The notes under the pieces: generated by a model
The model's database searches: none
What the model saw: only the letters and a program-made list of their open reading frames with translations
What the model was told of the DNA's origin: nothing
Source: an uncultured Pseudomonadota bacterium
Lineage (GTDB): Bacteria > Pseudomonadota > Gammaproteobacteria > Burkholderiales > JALYOK01
Assembly (NCBI GenBank): GCA_963714525.1
Contig: CAVQPB010000005.1
Location: 275,824-339,823, forward strand
DNA: 64,000 bases
Direction: 5' to 3'
Translations under genes and position numbers: made by a program
Part shown: positions 35,167-44,189 of the stretch, one piece after another
Layout of the letters: each line of letters begins with the position of its first letter
Position numbering within the stretch: position 1 is the stretch's first letter

Positions 35167-36697
35167 ATGAAAAGCAAAAAATCCGTCTCTCATCGCTGCG
35201 GCGTGATCGTTCTCGCTTTGCTGGCGATTTTCGGCCTGGCGACCTGCGCGAAAAATCCCGTCACGGGCAAACGCGATTTCGTGCTCATGTCCGAAGAACA
35301 AGAAGTCAAAATGGGCGTAGCAGGCCGACGGAGAAGTCAAAAAGGAATACGGCACTTACGACCGCGCCTCGCTGCAACAATTTGTCAGCGAACTCGGCCA
35401 GCGTTTGGCCGCGCACAGCCACCGCAATAATCTCAAATACCAGTTCACCGTTGTCGATAGCGCGGAGATCAACGCTTTCGCGCTGCCGGGCGGCTACATT
35501 TACGTCACCCGCGGCATCCTGGCCTATCTTAATTCCGAAGCGGAAGTGGCGGGTGTGCTGGGCCACGAGATCGGCCATGTCACGGCGCGCCACGGCGTGC
35601 AGCAGCAAAGCATGGCGCAGGCGGCAAACCTTGGCGTCATGCTCGGGGCGATCCTGGTGCCGGGACTGCGTAACGAATCGGCCGTGGGGATGATGCAGCA
35701 AATGAGCGTAGCGTGGATACGCGGTTATGGGCGGGAAGACGAGTTGGAAGCCGATCGCCTGGGCGCCGAATATCTGGCACGCGCCGGCTACGATCCGCAA
35801 GCCATGATCAAGGTCGTCGGCGTGTTGAAGAATCAGGAGTTGTTCGATGCCGAACTCGCTAAACAAGAGGGTCGCGAACCGAGAAAATACCATGGCGTGT
35901 TCGAGAGCCATCCCGACAATGACACGCGCCTGAAACAAGTGGTCGAGGCGGCGAAGCAATACAAAACCGGCGCCGCGCGCCCCGACAATCGTGATGGTTT
36001 TCTCAAACTGATGAACGGCGTCACTTACGGCGATAGTCCGCAGCAGGGCATTACCCGCGGCTCGCGGTTCTATCACGAAGGCCTGGGACTCGCGTTGAAA
36101 TTCCCCGATGGCTGGAAAGTACAAAATTCCGCCGATCGGGTGGCGGCGGTCAATCCCACGCAGGACGCAATCGTCGAGTTGCATTCGCTACCCAAGGATC
36201 AAACAGGCAGCCCCGCGGATACGGTAAAGGGCCTGCTCAAACTCGACAAAGTGACATCGGTCAATTCCTTGAGTGTGAATGGTCTACCCGCTACGGTTTT
36301 AACCGGCGTCAAAAAAGATGTGGCGATACGCGCGGCGCATATCATGCTGAACGGAACGCCGTATTTGATGATGGGCTATGGCAAATCCCAGGAGATTTTC
36401 AACAAAAATACCGCCAGCTTCGACGCAGCGATCAAGAGCTTTCACGCGCTGACGGAAGCGGAGCGGGCGCAGGCAAAACCCTATGGGATCCGCACCATCA
36501 CGGCGAAACCCGGCACTACCTTTGCCCAACTCGCCAAGACCATGCCGCAATTAGGTCGCAACGCCGAGCAGCAGTTGCGGTTAATTAACGGTAAATATCC
36601 GAGCGGGGAGCCACAAGCCGGCGAGCTGATTAAGTTGATCGAAACCGATACGGGTGGAATTTCGACAGGTATAACAATTGACCGATTTGGCGGCTGA
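35167..36697 (+). pseudogene. M48 family metalloprotease with one +1 frameshift at about 35318 (possible artefact)
   Basis: NPVTGKRDFVLMSE, INAFALPGG, HEIGH, ELEAD and SHP. Confidence 0.85.
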
Positions 36698-38366
36698 CAA
36701 GCCGAAGGCCATCAACTTTAACTTAGACTTCGACGGCACCGCCACGCCCGTTAAGACGGCGCTATTCCTGCTGGTGCTGTTGTGCTGGTTGCTGCCGGGA
36801 TTAGTCGGACACGACCCATGGAAGCCCCAGGAGGGCCAGACCATAGGCGTGATCTACAGCATGATTAAGAGCGGCGATTGGCTGGTTCCCATGCTGGCCG
36901 GCGAACCTTATCTTGAAAGGCCGCCGCTCTATTATTGGACCGCGGCGGTGTTTGTGAAAGCGTTTTCTCCGCTGCTGCCGATGCACGACGCGGCACGCCT
37001 GGCGACCGGCTTCTACATGGTGCTTGCCATTCTGTTGGTGACCCTCACGGCGGCAAAACTTTTCGGCCCTCGATTTGGTCGGGTTACCGCTCTGATCTTC
37101 ATCGGGTCCTTCGGCCTGCTGGCGACCGCGCATATGCTTACCGCTGATACCGTCATGTTGGCGGCCGTTGCTCTGTTGATCTACGGACTCGCCTCGCTTC
37201 CCGGCCAAGTGCTCGTCGCCGGACTATGCATTGGCTCCGGTATCGGTATCGCTTTCCTGGCAAAGGGATCCACTGCTGCGGCATTGGCATTCGCCATGGT
37301 GGCGACGCCGTTTTTGTTGTTTCGCGCCTGGCGTACTAAGCCCGTCGCGCAAGCACTGGGTATCGGCTTAGTAGCGGCGCTGCCTTGGATTGTGTGGTGG
37401 CCCGCGAGTTTTTACGCGCGTTCGCCGCAACTCGCCATGGAATGGTTGTGGCTAAAGGACTGGGCTGAGTTTTCCGGGATATTTTCGTTGGCTTCGTTGC
37501 GTCGTCTGGCCTACTACTTGGGTCTGTTGCCGTGGTACGCATGGCCGGCCTTACCGCTGGTCGGCGTCATGTTTTGGTACGGCCGAGGGCGCCTTATGGG
37601 CGATCCGAAGATTCAGCTATTGGTGGGCGCGTTGCTCGGCGCTTTGGCAGTCTTATGTTTGACCGGCGATACCCGCGAGGCTAAGGCTTTGCCGATCTTG
37701 ATTCCCCTCAGCCTCATTTGTTCGAGCCGCATCGATGAGTTGAATCGCGGCGCGGCGAGCGCTTTGGATTGGTTTGGAATGATGACATTCGGCTTACTCG
37801 CGGCGGGCATGTGGGTCGGTTGGTTCGCCTTGCTGTTCGGATTCCCAGAACCGGTGGTGAAGTATTTGCAAATCTACCTGCCCGGCTATCAACTCGAGTT
37901 TCGAGTACTGCCATTCGTGTTGGCGATGACGCTGAGTGTACTTTGGCTGATCGCCATTACCCGGTCGCGCCAATCCAATCGGCGCGCGATCGTGAATTGG
38001 ACCGCCGGCATCACTATGTTTTGGATGTTGGCGATGACATTGTGGCTGCCCTTCATCGACGAGGGCAAGAGCTATCGCGCGATGACGACTTCGCTCAAGC
38101 AAGCGTTGCCTACACCGCGTAACTGCGTTGCAAGCCGTGGTCTGGGCGAAGCGCAACGGGCGATGCTGGATTACTTTATCGATCTGCGCACCCGCCGCCT
38201 CGAACTCAGCGCCACTAACAATTGCCGGCTCCTGCTTACGCAGGGCGTACAGACCGCCCCGACATTTGAAGATAGCGAAGATTGGCGGATGATCTGGGAA
38301 GGCGCGCGGCCTGGCGATCAAGTGGAGTTGTATCGGTTATATCAACGCCGTAAAAACTCACGTTAA
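36678..38366 (+). CDS. ArnT/PMT-family membrane glycosyltransferase
   Basis: DPWKPQEG, PYLERPPLYYW and LAKG; many TM helices. Confidence 0.88.
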   Translation: MTDLAADKPKAINFNLDFDGTATPVKTALFLLVLLCWLLPGLVGHDPWKPQEGQTIGVIYSMIKSGDWLVPMLAGEPYLERPPLYYWTAAVFVKAFSPLLPMHDAARLATGFYMVLAILLVTLTAAKLFGPRFGRVTALIFIGSFGLLATAHMLTADTVMLAAVALLIYGLASLPGQVLVAGLCIGSGIGIAFLAKGSTAAALAFAMVATPFLLFRAWRTKPVAQALGIGLVAALPWIVWWPASFYARSPQLAMEWLWLKDWAEFSGIFSLASLRRLAYYLGLLPWYAWPALPLVGVMFWYGRGRLMGDPKIQLLVGALLGALAVLCLTGDTREAKALPILIPLSLICSSRIDELNRGAASALDWFGMMTFGLLAAGMWVGWFALLFGFPEPVVKYLQIYLPGYQLEFRVLPFVLAMTLSVLWLIAITRSRQSNRRAIVNWTAGITMFWMLAMTLWLPFIDEGKSYRAMTTSLKQALPTPRNCVASRGLGEAQRAMLDYFIDLRTRRLELSATNNCRLLLTQGVQTAPTFEDSEDWRMIWEGARPGDQVELYRLYQRRKNSR

Positions 38367-38511
38367 GGAAGCACTGATTTATTCCGATTTCGTCGCGGCT
38401 TTGAGTTTGGCTCACAAAAAAGACCTCCTCACATATAACCAATATGCTGCGTCGATATTTTTGTTCGCGCGTTGTCTCGCTCAGAACTCGAAATAAATCA
38501 GAGCTTCCTAG
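38363..38511 (-). mobile_element. MITE-like element, copy D (complete, 149 bp)
   Basis: TIRs ttaaggaagcactgatttattccga and tcgaaataaatcagagcttcctag; its ends contain the stop codons of both convergent genes. Confidence 0.85.
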
Positions 38512-39497
38512 TTTTTCTGCGTTTCGATTTTCTTACGTATCCCGTTCAGGGTTTCTTCCGCCGCCGCGCGATTCGGTCCCTGCAAGCTCGCGGCTCGTTC
38601 GGCTGCCGTTAGCGCCTCCGGCAGACGATTTTGCGCAGCGAGCACTTCCGCTAAATTATTCCAGCCGATGATGGCTTGCGGATGAGCCTCGGTCGCTCGG
38701 CGAAAAGCTGCTTCGGAGCCGGCGAGATTAGCTTGCGCATAGCGGCTGTTGCCCAGGCCGACTAGCGCTGCCAGATCAGATGGCCAGCGTTGCAGCGCGG
38801 CTTCGTAAGCCAGTGCCGCAAGCGCCGGTCGCCGTGTCTTTTCCATTTCCAAGGCGCTGGCAAAAAAAGTTTCTCGAGTAGCGGTTTTGGGCACTTCGTT
38901 AGGCGGCACCACCGCAATCGCCCAATAGTTGCTGCGTTTCCACGTGCGCTCGAACGTTGTGAGCGACATTACTTCCCGCTGTTTCGTCCCGGAACGAAGA
39001 ATAATGGTCGCTCGTTCTAAGTCGTAACCCACCACCACCGCGTAGTGCCACAATGGATACCAACTTAGCGCCAAGTTTTGTAACACGATCACCGGATTTC
39101 CAGCCGCGACTTCCGTTAGCAAGTCCCTCACTCGCCCCGACATGGTCACCGGTAGCATGCCTTGCCGGCGCGCCGCCGTGCGCATTTCCACCTGGAGACT
39201 ACCCTTGCGTGTAGGTAGGAATAAATCTTTGCTGAGATCTTGTGGCGTAACGTCTTTTCCCTTCGCGCCTAGTACGGTAGCGAGCGCCGCGGGACCGCAC
39301 TGAAACTCTTCCTGGGGGAAAAACGGAACTTCGGTAAGTTCCACTTTGTTCTTGAGGTTCGCCGGTGGATTTTTGAGTAAGGTTTGACTGTCTAGTGTCG
39401 CGCAACCAGAAACGATGAGTCCCAAAAACAACACGCCCGCGAAGGCGCGGGCGTGTTGTGAAAAGGCGTACTTCAAACTGTTACTCGCGCGGACCAA
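38508..39497 (-). CDS. PA2778-family C39-like cysteine peptidase lipoprotein with TPR repeats
   Basis: Lipobox VSGC, QEEFQCGPAALA, WHYAVVVGYD and C-terminal TPRs. Confidence 0.88.
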   Translation of the reverse strand: MVRASNSLKYAFSQHARAFAGVLFLGLIVSGCATLDSQTLLKNPPANLKNKVELTEVPFFPQEEFQCGPAALATVLGAKGKDVTPQDLSKDLFLPTRKGSLQVEMRTAARRQGMLPVTMSGRVRDLLTEVAAGNPVIVLQNLALSWYPLWHYAVVVGYDLERATIILRSGTKQREVMSLTTFERTWKRSNYWAIAVVPPNEVPKTATRETFFASALEMEKTRRPALAALAYEAALQRWPSDLAALVGLGNSRYAQANLAGSEAAFRRATEAHPQAIIGWNNLAEVLAAQNRLPEALTAAERAASLQGPNRAAAEETLNGIRKKIETQKN

Positions 39498-39882
39498 GTT
39501 GCCACGGAAATATCTTCGTCCATCCCAAGAAATCGGTGATCACCAACACGATCAATATGATCAATAGAATGGCCCAGACTTCAATGCCGCCGGCAGGCAG
39601 CGTATCTAGCTTGCCGGCAACTTGATTGATCTCCTGGTCGGTCATTGCCGCGACGCGTGATTTAGCGTCATCCGACTTGATTCCCATTTTCTCGAGTTGG
39701 GCTTGAACATCGCCGCGCGCCATGAACGCTTCGACTCTTTCGCGGTTTTGCACGGTCTGCGTTTGTTCAATCACGCTCTCCGTCCCAAGCATGGCTGCAT
39801 TAGCGCCGCGCATCGGCAAGTGTAGAGCTATCAAAGCAACGATCAATAGGCGAGCGGTTGTGCGGAACAATTGGTTACTCAT
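39481..39882 (-). CDS. PA2779-family exported protein
   Basis: RVAAMTDQEI...LDTLPAGG and a hydrophobic tail ITDFLGWTKIFP. Confidence 0.85.
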   Translation of the reverse strand: MSNQLFRTTARLLIVALIALHLPMRGANAAMLGTESVIEQTQTVQNRERVEAFMARGDVQAQLEKMGIKSDDAKSRVAAMTDQEINQVAGKLDTLPAGGIEVWAILLIILIVLVITDFLGWTKIFPWQLGPRE

Positions 39883-39957
39883 CATTATCCTCCGTGAGTC
39901 ATTTTTGGAGTGATTACCATAACACATCGAGACGGCGTTTCACAACCTAATCGATGC

Positions 39958-42063
39958 TTAGAATGCTGCAGTAAGGGTGAGCCGTGCCGAGCGTTTCTCC
40001 ACCGGATGAAAATGAATCTCTTCCAGCGCGTCTTGTAATACGCCGTTTCTGTCCTTGATGCGGGATTCATAGGCGTAATCGATATCGTGATCGTCGCGAT
40101 CGAATAAATTGAAGATATCCAAACGCAGTTTCCAGCGCTTACTGAATTTATAACCGCCTTGAACGTTGGTGATTGCCGTGGATCGCGAGCGAAAGCTGTT
40201 GTCTTCTTTCAACGGCCGCGGGCCGAAGTAGCGAAACTGCAGCGCGCCAAACCAGCCGTGGAGATTGTCGACTGTTGCTGATGCTGAGATCACCTGTTCC
40301 ACCGCGCCAGGTATACGGTCTCCTGCGGGATCATTGTCGGTGAATCTCGCTTTTGCCGCGGCGAATTCCAAGTCGAATATTAGCCATGGCTTGGGCGTAT
40401 AGTGGATTTCCCATTCCAATCCCGTGCGCAGGGAGGGGCGGCTCGCCTCCGTGATGCCGGCGTCGCCGACGAACAGCAACTCCGAGTCCTGCTTAAGTCG
40501 CCATAGCGCAACCGAGGTTTGCACATTAGGAATGATTTCGCTGCGTAAACCCAATTCGTACCCTAGCGTTTTCACCAGTGGATCGACTTTTTTCACCGGG
40601 TTCCCATCGCCATCGAACACGTCGCCCGTACCCGGGTCCACGGTAATGGTCGTGCCACGCGCATCGTTGCTGTGAAAGCCGCGGCCGATGTTGACGAAAT
40701 ACTCGGTCTTTGCCCAAGGACCAAACACCAATGAAAGTTTCGGCGAAACGATCGAATCGCTAGCGTTACCGGAATTTTCCGAGCGGTTGCTGTTGACGTT
40801 AAAGCGGAAATAATCGGTGCGAACGCCGGCGATATGGCGGAACCAATCGGTCCATTGCACCTCGTTACTGAAGTAAAGACCTATGCTGGATTCCGTCACC
40901 CGGTCCTCGCGCGTGGTAGCGGGAATGACATTGCCGTCGTAGTCGAGTTTGTCGACGCGCTGGCGATTTTTGGTGCTGTACAGAGCAACCGGATCCAACC
41001 GATCGCGCCGCAATTGCAGACCGACGCGATTGGACATATCTTTCCCGCCCAATTTGCCGAACCAGGTATGGTTCGCCTCGCCGCCCAAGACCAACCGTTT
41101 CTCCGCCTGTTCAAACTGATTACCGTCGGGCGAGCCAAGAAAAAATTCAAAATTCGAAAACAGATTGAGCTTGGAACGGATGATGTAAGCGTTGACGGCG
41201 GTGCGCGATGCCTCACCCGTGCGGCGCCATTCCGTCGACAGGCTGTAGCGGTCCTGCTTGCCGCCATCGGAAGGATCCAGTGCGCCGTATAGCCCGATGA
41301 TGCCTTTGTCGATCGCGCTCTGCGGGATCTGATCGGTCGAGTTCCAATCCGCCGAATACGCCATGCCCGTGACGTTGAAACCATTGCGGTTATCGCCTAG
41401 GGCGTAGCGCAGCATGCCGTTATATTTAGTGAAGTCCGCGGGGTTATCCCATGGGCCGTCGCTGTGCTGGAACTCGGCGCCGAAGATCAGACGTCCGGGC
41501 CCAAGCTGTGGCCCGCCGAGCACCAAGGCACGTTCAAAATCATACTGCCCTACAGTCAATTGCCCTTGATAGTCCTTTAAATTCTCGGTGTAAGAAACTC
41601 GAGCCGAGCCCGCCGACCCGAAGTCGCCGTTCTCGGCGAAATAGGGGCCTTTGGAATAATCGACGCGGGAAATGAGCTCAGGAATAAGAAAATTCAAGTC
41701 GGTATAACCCTGGCCATGGGCGTGGCTAGGCATATTAACGGGCATGCCGGCGACGTAAGTCGCAAAGTCGGTGCCGTGGTCCAGGTTATAGCCGCGCAAA
41801 AAATATTGATTCGCCTTACCGTCGCCGCTGTGCTGGGTGATGATCAGACCCGGCACCGCTTCCAACACGTCGCCGGGACGCAGAATAGGGCGGCTCTCGA
41901 ACATCTTGGGTGTGACGACGCCTTGACTAGCGGCGTCGGAAGTACCCACATTATTCTGATAGTTGCCGATGACCTCGATGGTTTCGAGTTGCTGAATTTC
42001 TTCGGCGGCATTCGCTGATATCGAGATGATCAAGCCAACCGCGCACAACCAACGTTGCTTCAT
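39958..42063 (-). CDS. TonB-dependent outer-membrane receptor (His-containing plug; possible metal uptake)
   Basis: ETIEV TonB box, NQYFLRGYNLDHGTDF, HAHGQGY and terminal Phe. Confidence 0.9.
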   Translation of the reverse strand: MKQRWLCAVGLIISISANAAEEIQQLETIEVIGNYQNNVGTSDAASQGVVTPKMFESRPILRPGDVLEAVPGLIITQHSGDGKANQYFLRGYNLDHGTDFATYVAGMPVNMPSHAHGQGYTDLNFLIPELISRVDYSKGPYFAENGDFGSAGSARVSYTENLKDYQGQLTVGQYDFERALVLGGPQLGPGRLIFGAEFQHSDGPWDNPADFTKYNGMLRYALGDNRNGFNVTGMAYSADWNSTDQIPQSAIDKGIIGLYGALDPSDGGKQDRYSLSTEWRRTGEASRTAVNAYIIRSKLNLFSNFEFFLGSPDGNQFEQAEKRLVLGGEANHTWFGKLGGKDMSNRVGLQLRRDRLDPVALYSTKNRQRVDKLDYDGNVIPATTREDRVTESSIGLYFSNEVQWTDWFRHIAGVRTDYFRFNVNSNRSENSGNASDSIVSPKLSLVFGPWAKTEYFVNIGRGFHSNDARGTTITVDPGTGDVFDGDGNPVKKVDPLVKTLGYELGLRSEIIPNVQTSVALWRLKQDSELLFVGDAGITEASRPSLRTGLEWEIHYTPKPWLIFDLEFAAAKARFTDNDPAGDRIPGAVEQVISASATVDNLHGWFGALQFRYFGPRPLKEDNSFRSRSTAITNVQGGYKFSKRWKLRLDIFNLFDRDDHDIDYAYESRIKDRNGVLQDALEEIHFHPVEKRSARLTLTAAF

Positions 42064-42190
42064 TTCCGGTTTCTCCGAGCTGTCATTTCTTGTTTCTACG
42101 CATATACCGTCATTACGGATGTCAGTTTGTTGCTGCGATGTGCGCAAGATAGTGCGGTGAATTCTAGCGAAGGAACGATGCGCTGAACAT

Positions 42191-42207
42191 TGAGGCAAAA
42201 TGCCGCA
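42191..42207. promoter_or_regulatory. Candidate RegA-type operator TGCGGCA-N3-TGCCTCA
   Basis: Inverted repeat with one mismatch, about 130 bp upstream of the TBDR start; resembles the GCGGC-N5-GTCGC RegA/RegR box. Confidence 0.4.
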
Positions 42208-42344
42208 GTTGATTGGCCCGCAAAAATGGAAAACCGGAGCGAAAAGAATCCGCGAATGCGGTAGAGGAGGAAAATTACTCAGTGCTACGAACTGGGATCG
42301 AATTCCAGTTCGCATCAGAAAATTAACGCTACTAGATGATAGGC

Positions 42345-42887
42345 CTAGGTGATCGCTAGGCGACGGCGAGCGAGTTTACGCTGCAAGGTACGGCGATCGA
42401 TATTGAGTTGGCGCGCCGTGGCGGAGATATTGCCGTGGTTGTCCGTAAGCACTTTTTGCAGATGTTCCCACTCGACCTCGGCTGAGGACAGCGAGCTGCC
42501 ATCGGTGTCTACCGCCGGATCGCCATGGGTTTTCGCTAGCGCGTTGATGACATCCTCGGCGTCGACAGGCTTGGCCAGGTAATGGGTCGCACCGAGTTTG
42601 ATCGCCTCGACGGCGGTGGTGATGCTGGCGTAGCCCGTCAGCACCAGAATACGCATGTCGGCATTGATCGCCTTGAGGGCGGGCAGCAACGTCAGACCCG
42701 ATTCACCGGGCATTTTGAGATCGATGACGGCGAAGTCCGGCGGATCGTTAGTCGCCGCTTGCACCGCGGTGTTCACGTCGTGGGCGAGCGCGACACGAAA
42801 ACCACGGCCGCGCAAAGCCCAGCTCATCGCTTGGCAGAACGCCATGTCATCGTCGACGATTAACAGGCAAGGCTCGGCATGATTCAT
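42345..42887 (-). CDS. regA: RegA/PrrA/ActR-family response regulator
   Basis: LLIVDDD, VIDLKMP, LTGYASITTAVEAIK, EVEWEHLQKVL and RRTLQRKL. Confidence 0.9.
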   Translation of the reverse strand: MNHAEPCLLIVDDDMAFCQAMSWALRGRGFRVALAHDVNTAVQAATNDPPDFAVIDLKMPGESGLTLLPALKAINADMRILVLTGYASITTAVEAIKLGATHYLAKPVDAEDVINALAKTHGDPAVDTDGSSLSSAEVEWEHLQKVLTDNHGNISATARQLNIDRRTLQRKLARRRLAIT

Positions 42888-42908
42888 GTCCGCGGATATT
42901 ACCTATTG

Positions 42909-44177
42909 TCAGCTTGCGGGAATCAGAATGGTCGCCTGAACGCCGCCGCCGGCGCGATTGGATAGCGTCAGCGAGCCGCCGAGACGTTCCAAGGTCGCCC
43001 GCGCGAGGTACAGCCCGATGCCGAGCCCTTGCCGTGCCGGCTTGCTGCTGAATGGCGTGTGCCCGGCCCGTTGTAAATCGTGGTCGCTCAGACCTGGTCC
43101 GACATCCAATACATCAACCGTCATTTCACCGCTGTTCCAGCGGGCGCGGACTTCAATCTGGTCCGGGGACACATCGGCAGCATTATTAAGTACGCTGATC
43201 AGCGCCTGTTTTAACGTAGGCTCGGCGATAATGTTGGGCGCTGATTGTGCGGGCGGCCGGAAGAATTCAACTTTTGCGTCGGGCCGAATCGCCTGCCAAT
43301 CGGTCAAGGTCTCTGACAGGAAATCATTAGCCGCCCACAGCGAACAATTTTCAATCCGTTCGGCGCCGGAATTTCGTGTCAGCTCGGTAAGATGATGCTT
43401 ACACACATCCACCTGGGTGCGCAAAGTATGCAACATCTCCTGCACCTGGGGCGAGGCATCGGAACGCCGTTCCAGTTCTTTCGCGATGACGGCGATGGTC
43501 GAAAGTGGCGTGCTGAGTTCATGGGCGGCGCCGGCGGCGAATGCGCCGAGGGCGACAATGCGCTCGTTACGTAAACTCTCCTCCCGCGCGGAAGCAAGAC
43601 GACGTTCGCGCTCGCGCAGGCTGGACACCATGTTCACCAGCAAAGTCGCGACAATGAACGCGCTCAACACGAACGTGACCCAGGCGCCGACGGTGTGCAA
43701 ATCAAGCGTTGCATCGCCCGCCGAGGTCGGATCGTGCCGATGTATCATCGGCTGGTAGAAAAAAATGAGCGAGGTATAAAACGCTAATACCAGAAAGGCG
43801 AGAAACCAACTGTAACGCCCCGGCAACAGCATCGCCCCGACCGTGAGTAAGACGAGATAAAACGAAACGAAGGGATTGGATATTCCGCCGCTAAAATACA
43901 GTACGGCGGTCAACGTTAATACATCCACGCACAGTTCGACAAATAATTCCCATTGCGCAACCGTTCGCATGCGCAGCATGCGCATCACGTTCACGGCCAC
44001 GAATACGCCGATCGCTAGCAGGATAGGCTCGGCCGGGAGGACGATGCCGAGTTTGCTGGTGCCTACCCATAAGCCCACGATCAGCGCGAAGATGACGATG
44101 GAGCGCAGCGCCATGACATGCATCAGGCTCTCGGCCGAAACTCGATCGGGAACGGCGTTGCGGTGGTCAGCGATCAT
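42909..44177 (-). CDS. regB: RegB/PrrB/ActS-family sensor histidine kinase
   Basis: GGISNPF quinone-binding motif, H-box AHELSTPL, QVDVC, N-box NNAADV and GLGIGL. Confidence 0.88.
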   Translation of the reverse strand: MIADHRNAVPDRVSAESLMHVMALRSIVIFALIVGLWVGTSKLGIVLPAEPILLAIGVFVAVNVMRMLRMRTVAQWELFVELCVDVLTLTAVLYFSGGISNPFVSFYLVLLTVGAMLLPGRYSWFLAFLVLAFYTSLIFFYQPMIHRHDPTSAGDATLDLHTVGAWVTFVLSAFIVATLLVNMVSSLRERERRLASAREESLRNERIVALGAFAAGAAHELSTPLSTIAVIAKELERRSDASPQVQEMLHTLRTQVDVCKHHLTELTRNSGAERIENCSLWAANDFLSETLTDWQAIRPDAKVEFFRPPAQSAPNIIAEPTLKQALISVLNNAADVSPDQIEVRARWNSGEMTVDVLDVGPGLSDHDLQRAGHTPFSSKPARQGLGIGLYLARATLERLGGSLTLSNRAGGGVQATILIPAS

Positions 44178-44189
44178 TCGATAAACCGG

